A stretch of 64,000 nucleotides of DNA from a virus (Duplodnaviria; Caudoviricetes): positions 1 through 64,000 of IMG/VR virus record IMGVR_UViG_3300020047_016550. One strand, 5' to 3'. Below the pieces are notes generated by a model that was not told the origin of the DNA, did not search any database, and saw nothing but the letters and a program-made list of their open reading frames with translations. Positions 36,669 through 45,966 of the stretch are shown here, piece after piece. Numbering within the stretch: the stretch's first letter is position 1; each line of letters opens with the position of its first letter. The position numbers and the translations under genes are program-made.

Positions 36669-37346
36669 TTATAATTTTTCGCAATATTCCAAAATTTCTT
36701 TGCTTCTTGACAAAGCTTTTGCACGGCCTCCCGTATGATCATTTTTGATATATTCCAATGTACGGCCCCAGCCGGCGTTTGCATGGTAAAAATAATTTAC
36801 CGCATCATCCAGGTTTTTAAACTGCTTTGCATTCTTGATTTTGTATTCGGTCATTAAATCAGCCGGACATTTTTCAATACGGTTTTCCATGTCTGCAATA
36901 CAGGCCTGTACCGCATTATCAAAATATTCAATCAGCTCGGGATTTTTAACAAAATCAATGCCGGTTTTCTTTTTAAGAAGATTAAAAACGTTTTTGAAAG
37001 TTGACTGGTTAAATCCACCCCCACGGTATTTCCATCCGTCGCCGTATTCTTTGTTTCCGTTACTGTTTCCGTAAAGCACTTCGAAAAAAGCTTCATTGTT
37101 TTTTTTGTTGCGCTCAATCCACGAATCACTGTATTTTGCCAGTTTTGTCCTGAATATTTTACGGATTCTTGCCAGGGGAGTATTTCCGTATCCTTTTTCA
37201 CGTACCGGCCTGAATCCGCTTTCTTTGCTTAAAACACAAAGAACGGCAACCGCCGAAATAAGATTAAACTGTTTTTCACGGAAAGCTTTGTAAATCTTTT
37301 CCATATTGGAAACAGATTCCGGTTTTAAAGTCTTGATGTAGCTCAT
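36669..37346 (-). CDS. Endolysin, GH19-like
   Basis: KESGF, LYGNSNGN...GDGWKYRGGGFNQST, GIDFVKNPEL. Confidence 0.85.
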   Translation of the reverse strand: MSYIKTLKPESVSNMEKIYKAFREKQFNLISAVAVLCVLSKESGFRPVREKGYGNTPLARIRKIFRTKLAKYSDSWIERNKKNNEAFFEVLYGNSNGNKEYGDGWKYRGGGFNQSTFKNVFNLLKKKTGIDFVKNPELIEYFDNAVQACIADMENRIEKCPADLMTEYKIKNAKQFKNLDDAVNYFYHANAGWGRTLEYIKNDHTGGRAKALSRSKEILEYCEKL

Positions 37347-37756
37347 TATTTTTTGTTTAAAATTTGCTCTCTTTTTTTTGCATATTCATCTTCAAGCTTG
37401 GACAGCTCCGAATATTTTTTTGTGTCAGTTACGTAAACTCCGATTTTTTTTTGGGTTTCTCCCCGTATGTATGCATCGGTATCCGCTTTTAAAATACGGT
37501 TACGCTGCACTTCCTTTTTATGTTCAGAATAAGTTTTTACGGCAACCTGAATGCCCCTGATAAGCCAGTAAAAACAAAAGGAAAGAGTAACGGCCAATGA
37601 AGCCCAGGTAGGTATTTCGGCTCCCGGAACCGATATCTGGTTTCCTATTTTCTGAGCCATGAACCGCAATGCCAGAATGAATGAAGGAATGGCCACCACT
37701 GCATCTAAAACCTGTATCCCGGTCATTTTACTTTCTGTTATAAGTTTTCCCTGCAT
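37346..37756 (-). CDS. Two-TM lysis-cluster protein (holin/antiholin candidate)
   Basis: Probable start MQGKLITE, two TM segments and a charged tail. Confidence 0.5.
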   Translation of the reverse strand: MQGKLITESKMTGIQVLDAVVAIPSFILALRFMAQKIGNQISVPGAEIPTWASLAVTLSFCFYWLIRGIQVAVKTYSEHKKEVQRNRILKADTDAYIRGETQKKIGVYVTDTKKYSELSKLEDEYAKKREQILNKK

Positions 37757-38102
37757 GATCAATCTGTTTAAATTTAAACAACTTTGTACGACTGTCAATC
37801 TGTGAAATAATATGGTGTGGCGCATATCCGCATAACCAGGTGCATGATCTCTCAAAAACTGTGTAAAGCTGGGGATCGGATATTTTATTGAAAAGATAAA
37901 CATCAAAATCAAGCAGATGATATGAAACTACCAAAAGGATTGAAATTAATGCCGAAATCAAATGCGAAACGAAATTGTCTTTTATGTAAAACAAAACATC
38001 AAGATGTTCGGGAGTGTTTGTGCTTTTTTTATCCCGGCGGTAAATGGAAACGGCTACTGCAACCGCTATTCCGATTAAGGTTAAGAATACTTTTTCTTTC
38101 AT
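37728..38102 (-). CDS. Holin candidate
   Basis: 124 aa with 2-3 hydrophobic segments, next to the endolysin. Confidence 0.5.
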   Translation of the reverse strand: MKEKVFLTLIGIAVAVAVSIYRRDKKSTNTPEHLDVLFYIKDNFVSHLISALISILLVVSYHLLDFDVYLFNKISDPQLYTVFERSCTWLCGYAPHHIISQIDSRTKLFKFKQIDHAGKTYNRK

Positions 38103-38110
38103 TGTTTCAA

Positions 38111-38794
38111 TTATTTGATTTCAAATTTAATATTCTTTTCATAAACGGGAAGTGAATCACAATTATCAATAACTTTTACTTTGTAATTCCATTTGTCGGT
38201 TCCGATAAGTTTCCATTTAAAAGTCCAGAATCTTTTAAAATCACGCATGGAATGACCTTTGTTTTTTTCTTTGAAAGAAAGTATGTCAATGTTTTTTTTC
38301 AAAGTGCCGTTAACTGAAGCAACCGTATCTCCCGTTATCCAGGTTACTGTTCCCGGAGAACATCCCCATATAAACGAAATTGAATTTTTTTCATTTGCAA
38401 CCGAATCGGTATAAACTGTATCACGTATAATTACAATAGAATCCGAATACTGTTTTGAAGAAATTATTTTATGGAGTCCTTTTATTCTGGACTCTTTTAA
38501 ATCATTTTCTTTGGCCAGTCTTTTTATCTCATTTTCGAAATACGGAAATTGGTTTAATTCACTTTTAAGTAAATTGATTTCGGCAACATATTCCGAAGTA
38601 TCATTGACTGCACTTTGGGCGTTTGCGGCCCATCTTTGGCGTTCAAGTTCAAGATTGTTGTATGATTTATTTTTTTGGCGAACGGTAAACATAAGTATGC
38701 CCACCAATACACACAACAGAAAAATAACGAAAAAAGGCCAATACTTTTTAAGTATCGGCCATACAGTTTTTACTATCGGAGTCAAAAAATCCAT
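38111..38794 (-). CDS. Spanin-like protein (N-terminal TM plus coiled coil)
   Basis: WPFFVIFLLCVLVGILMF then coiled coil, within the lysis cluster. Confidence 0.55.
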   Translation of the reverse strand: MDFLTPIVKTVWPILKKYWPFFVIFLLCVLVGILMFTVRQKNKSYNNLELERQRWAANAQSAVNDTSEYVAEINLLKSELNQFPYFENEIKRLAKENDLKESRIKGLHKIISSKQYSDSIVIIRDTVYTDSVANEKNSISFIWGCSPGTVTWITGDTVASVNGTLKKNIDILSFKEKNKGHSMRDFKRFWTFKWKLIGTDKWNYKVKVIDNCDSLPVYEKNIKFEIK

Positions 38795-38813
38795 ATTTCT
38801 ATAAAATTAACTT

Positions 38814-39707
38814 TTAACCCATATCTCTCCATGCTCCATTCTCAAAGACACGAAATTTATTTGATGCGGTATTGTAATACATTGCACCGTTTTCACCGGT
38901 AGGCTCAACAGAAAGATTAGGTAATACAAGGCCGTTTGCGTTGTATTTTAATGCGGCACCGGGTGTTGTTACCCCGGCAACTTTTTTGCTTCCAAACTTC
39001 CATTCCCAACCATTATCATTTAAATCAACTCGGTGTTCATCCCAGTTATCTGCATCAACAATATTGAACGCCCACCAAGAGTAAATTCCAAGAGAGCCAA
39101 CGAAGTTTCCTGCAATATCGCTGAGAATGTCTTGGTCAAATAAATAATGGTCGGCCGTTGCTTCGGTAAGTGAAGCTCCTTTGGCAGAAAAACCGGCTTG
39201 TAAGCCGTCTTGGGTAACTTTACGGGCCGAAAGATTTGTAATGTATAATCCGGTATTAGGATCAAGTCCGGTTTCAAGACCCGCAAATTCACCGGTTGCA
39301 AAATTGAAATAACCGTTCATTACCTGTTTACCAAGACCTGGGCTAAATGCATCACGGTCAAATATTGCGTTATGAAATACGTCGTCTGCGGAAATTCCAA
39401 GCTGCGGAATACTTAAAGGCCCGTAAACAAAAGGAATATTACTGAACTTATAATCACCGGAAACAAGTTCATATTGATGTGCTCCCGTATTAATTTGGGT
39501 ATTTCTTACTAAATTTCCCCCTTGCTCAACAAAACCCTGAAATACATTAGCTCCGTTACGCGCTTTTAAAATTTGATCGGCATAATTTTTATTAGCGGCA
39601 TCATATTTATGAATGGGATCATTAACCATACCCAGTCTTGTGGGTTTTCCTTCCGGAACCAGGTTTACTTTTGGGTATTTACCCTGTGTCAATATTACGT
39701 GAAACAT
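38814..39707 (-). CDS. Putative tail fibre/virion protein
   Basis: DAANKNY motif and C-terminal GAMYYNTASNKFRVFENGAW. Confidence 0.55.
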   Translation of the reverse strand: MFHVILTQGKYPKVNLVPEGKPTRLGMVNDPIHKYDAANKNYADQILKARNGANVFQGFVEQGGNLVRNTQINTGAHQYELVSGDYKFSNIPFVYGPLSIPQLGISADDVFHNAIFDRDAFSPGLGKQVMNGYFNFATGEFAGLETGLDPNTGLYITNLSARKVTQDGLQAGFSAKGASLTEATADHYLFDQDILSDIAGNFVGSLGIYSWWAFNIVDADNWDEHRVDLNDNGWEWKFGSKKVAGVTTPGAALKYNANGLVLPNLSVEPTGENGAMYYNTASNKFRVFENGAWRDMG

Positions 39708-39709
39708 TT

Positions 39710-40042
39710 TTATATCGGAATTAAATTGTTACAAACGCCAAATACGGGAAGCTCTTCCGGCTTATCCATACATAAACCCAGATATGAATTTACAAAAAAA
39801 TAAAAAGAGGAAAAACGGTCTTTGTCCGTTTCATTAATTTCTGACTGCATAAATTCAAAGTTTTCTGAGCACAAATATTTTTTAATCATCATCTGGTAAT
39901 TAGCCCAGACAAAATTGAATTCATCCCATTCACTCTGTGATACATTGCCGCCGGCCAGCTTTGACTTAAGCAGACAGGCACGTTTGCACATCAATGCACA
40001 AAGAATACCTTTCAAATATTTTGCTGTCTGGCCTTTTTTCAT
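39710..40042 (-). CDS. Cys-containing hypothetical virion-cluster protein
   Basis: 110 aa. Confidence 0.55.
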   Translation of the reverse strand: MKKGQTAKYLKGILCALMCKRACLLKSKLAGGNVSQSEWDEFNFVWANYQMMIKKYLCSENFEFMQSEINETDKDRFSSFYFFVNSYLGLCMDKPEELPVFGVCNNLIPI

Positions 40043-40728
40043 TACGGTTGTAAATATTTAGTTATTTTATAGTCTGCTATTTGTAACTCAGCATTAGAAT
40101 TATTTATTCTAAATGTAGGGATAATTACTAAATCATTTCCATATTCCTGAGTGTATCCGTTTACTTGATTATTTGGAGTATACGGTAAAAAACCTTTGTT
40201 AGCTGCATAACAAGAATGATCAATAACAAATTGAAAGTTTAAGTCACCCGCAACTTTTTGTCTTGTAATTGTTGTTCTTATGCGTATTCTTGAAGATTCT
40301 ATATCAGAATCAACGTTACTATATGCTTGTGTTTCAACTCCATTTATAAACATTTTTATAGCAAATGCAGAACCGGTTCCACTATCACCAAATCCAACTA
40401 ACCAATCTATAACTGCATAGTCACCGATTTTAGGAATTTCAGAACCAAGTAACGTGAAAGATAAACCTGTCATTTGTTGGTCAGAAGACGTAATCAATGG
40501 ATCAGTAGAACAACTTGATGCATATACCGGGTCCCAAATTCCGGTACTGAATAAAACTGGTTTATATCCATTCGGTGGGTTTACATTTCCCGCATTGTAT
40601 TGGGTGCCATCGCTTATGGTAATGATTAAATCGCCGTTTTCATTAATTACCGCATTCGTAATCGTATTGCATTCGGCAAAACAATATTTTTTACAGCTGC
40701 ATTTCTTTTTTCCTTTACCGCAACACAT
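40042..40728 (-). CDS. Cys-rich N-terminus, putative fibre protein
   Basis: MCCGKGKKKCSCKKYC and INENGDLIITISDG..NAG motif. Confidence 0.55.
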   Translation of the reverse strand: MCCGKGKKKCSCKKYCFAECNTITNAVINENGDLIITISDGTQYNAGNVNPPNGYKPVLFSTGIWDPVYASSCSTDPLITSSDQQMTGLSFTLLGSEIPKIGDYAVIDWLVGFGDSGTGSAFAIKMFINGVETQAYSNVDSDIESSRIRIRTTITRQKVAGDLNFQFVIDHSCYAANKGFLPYTPNNQVNGYTQEYGNDLVIIPTFRINNSNAELQIADYKITKYLQP

Positions 40729-40729
40729 A

Positions 40730-41284
40730 TTAAAGAGTTTTAATCAGTTCAACATTCAAATCCACACCTTCATAATTTCCGCAACAAAAAGAAGCTTCTG
40801 CCGCCTCTAATGCCAGCCATGCTTCCATGGCCGCTTTTTTACGGTCATTCCCTTTACAGCATTTTTCTTTTTTTGGCTTTATTGCATCTGCAAAAAGTTC
40901 TTCAGTACGTTCTTTTGAAGCACATAACAATGGAAAATCCTCGGGCTCACTTTCAAAATAATCAACCACTACCGTAAGCGCCTGGGTCTGCAAAATTGCA
41001 TATATCGTGTATACTCCGTCAGAAAGGCCTTCATATACATCAGAAACATTTACGCAAAGATTAAACTCAAGTCCGTCTATCGCTTCATTAACCTGTTCCG
41101 TGGTAAGTTCCATTATCTGCACAGCAAAAGCATCTTCATCAGGATAACGGTTCACATAAAAAGAAATCTGGGGACTGCCTTCAGTGAGAAAAGTTTCTTT
41201 TTCTTCTTCGGAAGTAAATGTAAGGGAGAAACAGTATTCTATTTCTTCACAACATTTTGGGCATACTGTTACTGTTCCTTCCAT
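40730..41284 (-). CDS. Hypothetical virion-cluster protein
   Basis: 184 aa, acidic, with several CC pairs. Confidence 0.55.
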   Translation of the reverse strand: MEGTVTVCPKCCEEIEYCFSLTFTSEEEKETFLTEGSPQISFYVNRYPDEDAFAVQIMELTTEQVNEAIDGLEFNLCVNVSDVYEGLSDGVYTIYAILQTQALTVVVDYFESEPEDFPLLCASKERTEELFADAIKPKKEKCCKGNDRKKAAMEAWLALEAAEASFCCGNYEGVDLNVELIKTL

Positions 41285-41297
41285 GATTCAAAAGTAA

Positions 41298-44200
41298 TTA
41301 TTTTTTTGATTCTTTTTCTTTTTTAAGTTCTTCGGCCCGAGCTTTTTTCTTGTCAAATGCTTCAAGAAATTCAAGATATTCTTCCTGATCAAGCATTTTC
41401 CGTGCCTTTGCTTTGGAAAGACTTTTGTAAAAAGTTTCTTTGTTGTAGTCATATTCCCCGAATATGGGGAAAAGTGTTTTCGTGTATATGTTTTCATATC
41501 CGGCCAACGCCGACAATGAACGGATTATCCTGGGCATTCCGGCCGAATGAAACTTCCCGTCTTTTTGGTATTCCGCGAACCATTCACCTTTTTCCCAGTC
41601 ATAAATATCTTTGGCTGGCTTTCTGAAATCTTCAAGTACCGACATGGGAGCAATATCAAAAACGGAAGTAACCGTTCCCACGGGATTTGTTATCGGAGCG
41701 TTCTGAACCATTATTGAATGGATATACGGCTTGATTGTTTTTGCGATTGCCACGTCTTTTGCCGAAAAAACTTCATCTTCATCATCATCATCGTCCGGAA
41801 GCATGGACTGAACCATCATGTACATGGAAATCAGCATTGCGGAAACAACCATGTGTGAAGCAAATGACCTGGTACGTTCACGCTGGAATACCAGAACTTT
41901 ATCTTTTAATTTACGGTATTCCTTCATTTCTGAAGCCGTTTTTCTTTTTTTATTCCGAAGTTCCCAAAAACGCTCCTGTTCACTTTCTGTTGCCACAACT
42001 GTTTTGTCGGCCCATACCGATTCACGGAAACTCTTTTTCTCTTCAAAAATATCCCGATAAATCCCGGCCATCCCTCCCGCGAATGGAGCCCTGAATATTC
42101 CCTGTTTGTAACGGTATCCGTTAACCACACGTAAATCACCGAACCAGTTTGTCCATACATCCGGCCCCCACCATTTCATTGACAGCATAATGCGTACCAT
42201 CACCATTTTTTTACCGGCGCGCTGTCCGGCTGTTCCGTAATCTCCGATCGCATCATTTATCTTATCCATGTACATTTTAAGCTGTTCAATCGAAGGAGCT
42301 TTATCATTAAGTGCGTTACCTTCGTTATCAAGGGCATTCCATTCTTCTTTCGAAAGTTTTCCGGCAAGCGCCATTGCTTTAAACGCATATTCTCCGACAG
42401 TCCACCCGAACATGGCCATTTTTGAAATAATACCGGCTTTGTCCGAAGTTTCGTAATTCATGGTACCGGAATAATTCTGTTCACCCAGTTTGGCCATTAT
42501 TGAATCTATTTTTCCACGGTTTCTTTTTACCGCGTCCATGGACCGGCTTAATTCTTCGGCAGATAATCCGGCCTGTATGCCAAACTCACGGTTAAGCCAT
42601 GTCTGTACCTGTTTTTTTTTCATGCCGGCAACCCTTGACATTCCGGTAGCGGTTTCAGCAACCGAACCGTCAACCATTAAAGAAAGTATTCCTCCAAAAA
42701 AGTTAACTGTAGCTCCTTTAAAATTAAACCACATTTTTGCCCGGAAAAAAAGACCTAACGTTTCCTGCATAATTGTCTGGCCCATTTTTTCAGTAAAGGT
42801 TTGTCCTTTTTTTACCTCTGGAGAACTTCCGGTAATGCTTTCTTTTCCCAAAACGTTTGCATCAACGTAGTTCCTGAAAAAAGAAGCAAGGTTGGTCATG
42901 TCTTTAGTTTCTCCGTATAATGTCGCTATGGTACCAAAAAATGCGTTTTCTTCATATTCTGAACGGGTAATCACGTCTTCCATGAATTCAATCATTGATT
43001 CATACAAATCAACTTTCACTTTTACACCTTTGGGAACTTTGTCATAATCAAAACGGCTTCCCAGCTGAAAATTTTCCTTCAGTGTAAAGCGCTGCTTTGA
43101 ACGGTCAAGATTATACATTTCTATTTTTCCGTTATGCACCCTTATGCTTTTTGCTCCTTTTTGGTCAAACGGGAAATCACGTTTTACGGAATGGGTAAGC
43201 TTGGCCATCTTTAATGCCGTAAGCAGATCGATAACCGTTTTTGTTCCAAACTTTGCATCTATCGGTCTTCCGCGTAAAAGTGCCATGGCTTCCTCATAAG
43301 TTTTTTCTTCCGAATTACCGCCGGTTCCGTCTTTAACGGTTTCCATGCTGTCAGGTAAGGGGAAAAGGTTATCCGAAAGCAGAACGGTTTCATTTCCCAT
43401 CAAAGAATTAACCGATCTTGTATTGTAAACCGCTTCGGTAAAACTCTTTGTTTCTTTGAATATTTCCCAGAAGCCTTTAAATTTTACCGGTATGAACGTC
43501 TTTTTTTGGCCCGGTATGTATCGGGCATATTTGGGATTATTGTAAAAAGCTTTTACGGTCAGATAAAAATCTTTTGCGGATCCGGCCGGGATTTTAGCTT
43601 CAGGCTTTAAAACCGGTCTTCCGTTCTTGTTTATTTCGTAAATTTTTGAATAAAATGATTCTTTGGCTTTTTCCCATTTGGATTTAAACAACGGACTGTT
43701 TTTGGCTATCATCAGTGAAGCTTTTCCGAACAGTAATTCCATTTCTTCTTCAACTCCTTTTTGAAAAACCATTCCCAGGTTGTCTTTCCATTTGTTTATT
43801 TCATCAATGGCTTTAAGCTCGTTATGGAGTATTTTATTTGCTAAAAAAGCAGCAGCCCCGTTATTTAGATAATTAACGTCGGAAAGTTTTTTGAAATACT
43901 TGTCAAGCTGGTTCATATCTTCATTTCCGACATGGCCGTGGAAATTCTTTTTGGCACCTTCCTCAATTGCTTTTTCAATGATTTTTGTTTCAAAAGCATT
44001 AATCATCTGGGTAAAACGGTCAGTGTTTGCCCAGGCATGAAGATTCATCGTTTTAAAGATATTCAGGTATTCTTCCAGTTCCTCATAAGTAAGGTCATCG
44101 GGAGTCTGGCCGTTATCGCGCATTTCTTTAAAAAGTGCGTTTACCGTTTTTAGCTCGCTTACATAGTTGTCATACTTGATTTTTATTGCCCGTAAACGGA

Positions 44201-45965
44201 GCCTTAGTTCAGCAATACGCAAATTGATTTTTTTGTGCTCATGCATCGGAGCCGTATCAAGCTCACTTTTTAATTTTTTGATTTCTTCCTTAATGGGATT
44301 TACTCCGCGCATGAAAGTTTTTTTCGGGCCTTCCATTCCTTCGCCCGTAATTTCGGCGAATTCATTAAAAGACATCGGACTTAAATCCATTTCATCAACC
44401 GCTTTTACTTCAGCGTTCGCTTCTGCCCGTTTAAATTCTTTGATTATTTCAACCGTTTCATCGTAGAGCTCGTTTTCACCGGTAAAATCAACTTCCATTT
44501 CCGGAATTACTTTTTGGGCAAATCCGGTTCCGTCGTCAGTAATAAGAAAAGGTTTTATGTACATTCCTTCTATTGTTACCGGCATCCCCATTGCACTAAG
44601 TATTTTTTTGTAGATACTCAGCTGCATTCCGTGTTTTTCAAACTTGCTTGCTTTTTCGACATTGTTGAATTTACCTTTTTTCGTGTAAGTGGGATCAAGT
44701 TCTCCTTCAGTATCAATGATTGAAGTTTTTGAAAACTTGAAATCAAAAATTTTAACGGCAACACCACGGCCTTTTTTCTTTACCGCAATAAGGTCAACCC
44801 TCGAAACTATCTGCTCATTTACGTCAACCACACGCATTTCAGGTAAAAGAGTATATCCTTCGTTAACCAGATCCGAAACAATATTTTTCATTTCGTCAAA
44901 TATGGTTTTTCCGGCTTCGCGGCTTATTCCGGTAACGGCACTCATGTTCCATATTGAGTCAAAGTCCGTTTTTCCGGACATTACATCTTCAATATTTTTT
45001 ACAAGCTCTTCAATTATTTTATGGCCGTCAGTTCCCGCTTTCGTATTTTTTTCGGTCAGTTTTTCATTATCAAACTGGTCCGAGCCTTCAAAACTTGTGG
45101 AAGGGTTTACGGCCAGAATGTCGGAAGGGCTTTTTGTATGCACTTTTTTGCCGTTGGGCATGGTAATCACATACATTGAATTGGTTTTGTCGTATTCAAG
45201 CGTGGACGAAGACAATTCAATTTTATTTAAGAAATCGGCAACTTCCGCAGAAGCCGATAACGGCATGTATTTTATGACAGAATTTGAGCCCAGCGGCAAT
45301 GCAGCTTTCATTTTTGCATTTTCCCACATCCGGGAAGAAAGCATCCTGGCCACGTCTTTATGGTTTGCAATTCCTATGGCATTTTTTACCGAAGCCCAGA
45401 AATCTTTCATCAGGTCAAGAAACTTTTCAAGCTTCGTTCCTTCAAAGTCAAGTTTTGCACGGTCCGATCCGGCAAGCTGTAAAGCGATTACCGCACCTTC
45501 TTCAGCTCCCAGGGGATGATCTTCCATAAAATCTTTCAGCGCTTTTTTGGAAGGATGGTTTTCGGGAAGATAATCCCAGTAAAGGTGTGCATATTCATGC
45601 ATGAAAACATTCTGGACCGGAGCCGTTTCGTCTATGTAAACGGCATTGCCCAAAGTTGCACCTATTCTGTTTACATCAACCTGACGACCGGGGAAATGAC
45701 GGTCTGCAAATTCCTGAAATTTTTCAGGATCATTAAAGATTTCCACTCCTTTAAAAAGGCCTCCCAGTGTTTCGCGGACATGGTTTTCAAAAGCCATGTT
45801 CTTTGAATCTTTTTCTATTCCGTCATGAACGGCAATCCATGAAGCAGCTTCCGCAATGGAAGGAATATCATCGTTAAACGCTTTAAAAATCTGCATGGCC
45901 CGTACTTTTCCGTACTGCATTTCAAGCATTTTCCATTCAGGTAAATTTGTGTTAGGACATCCCAT
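41298..45965 (-). CDS. Giant ejection protein with zincin and PD-(D/E)XK nuclease domains
   Basis: MGCPN..PEWK start typical of crAss giants, HEYAH at about 45585-45599, GTDGH/RVDLI/IFDFK/QLSIY nuclease motifs. Confidence 0.75.
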   Translation of the reverse strand: MGCPNTNLPEWKMLEMQYGKVRAMQIFKAFNDDIPSIAEAASWIAVHDGIEKDSKNMAFENHVRETLGGLFKGVEIFNDPEKFQEFADRHFPGRQVDVNRIGATLGNAVYIDETAPVQNVFMHEYAHLYWDYLPENHPSKKALKDFMEDHPLGAEEGAVIALQLAGSDRAKLDFEGTKLEKFLDLMKDFWASVKNAIGIANHKDVARMLSSRMWENAKMKAALPLGSNSVIKYMPLSASAEVADFLNKIELSSSTLEYDKTNSMYVITMPNGKKVHTKSPSDILAVNPSTSFEGSDQFDNEKLTEKNTKAGTDGHKIIEELVKNIEDVMSGKTDFDSIWNMSAVTGISREAGKTIFDEMKNIVSDLVNEGYTLLPEMRVVDVNEQIVSRVDLIAVKKKGRGVAVKIFDFKFSKTSIIDTEGELDPTYTKKGKFNNVEKASKFEKHGMQLSIYKKILSAMGMPVTIEGMYIKPFLITDDGTGFAQKVIPEMEVDFTGENELYDETVEIIKEFKRAEANAEVKAVDEMDLSPMSFNEFAEITGEGMEGPKKTFMRGVNPIKEEIKKLKSELDTAPMHEHKKINLRIAELRLRLRAIKIKYDNYVSELKTVNALFKEMRDNGQTPDDLTYEELEEYLNIFKTMNLHAWANTDRFTQMINAFETKIIEKAIEEGAKKNFHGHVGNEDMNQLDKYFKKLSDVNYLNNGAAAFLANKILHNELKAIDEINKWKDNLGMVFQKGVEEEMELLFGKASLMIAKNSPLFKSKWEKAKESFYSKIYEINKNGRPVLKPEAKIPAGSAKDFYLTVKAFYNNPKYARYIPGQKKTFIPVKFKGFWEIFKETKSFTEAVYNTRSVNSLMGNETVLLSDNLFPLPDSMETVKDGTGGNSEEKTYEEAMALLRGRPIDAKFGTKTVIDLLTALKMAKLTHSVKRDFPFDQKGAKSIRVHNGKIEMYNLDRSKQRFTLKENFQLGSRFDYDKVPKGVKVKVDLYESMIEFMEDVITRSEYEENAFFGTIATLYGETKDMTNLASFFRNYVDANVLGKESITGSSPEVKKGQTFTEKMGQTIMQETLGLFFRAKMWFNFKGATVNFFGGILSLMVDGSVAETATGMSRVAGMKKKQVQTWLNREFGIQAGLSAEELSRSMDAVKRNRGKIDSIMAKLGEQNYSGTMNYETSDKAGIISKMAMFGWTVGEYAFKAMALAGKLSKEEWNALDNEGNALNDKAPSIEQLKMYMDKINDAIGDYGTAGQRAGKKMVMVRIMLSMKWWGPDVWTNWFGDLRVVNGYRYKQGIFRAPFAGGMAGIYRDIFEEKKSFRESVWADKTVVATESEQERFWELRNKKRKTASEMKEYRKLKDKVLVFQRERTRSFASHMVVSAMLISMYMMVQSMLPDDDDDEDEVFSAKDVAIAKTIKPYIHSIMVQNAPITNPVGTVTSVFDIAPMSVLEDFRKPAKDIYDWEKGEWFAEYQKDGKFHSAGMPRIIRSLSALAGYENIYTKTLFPIFGEYDYNKETFYKSLSKAKARKMLDQEEYLEFLEAFDKKKARAEELKKEKESKK

Positions 45966-45966
45966 A

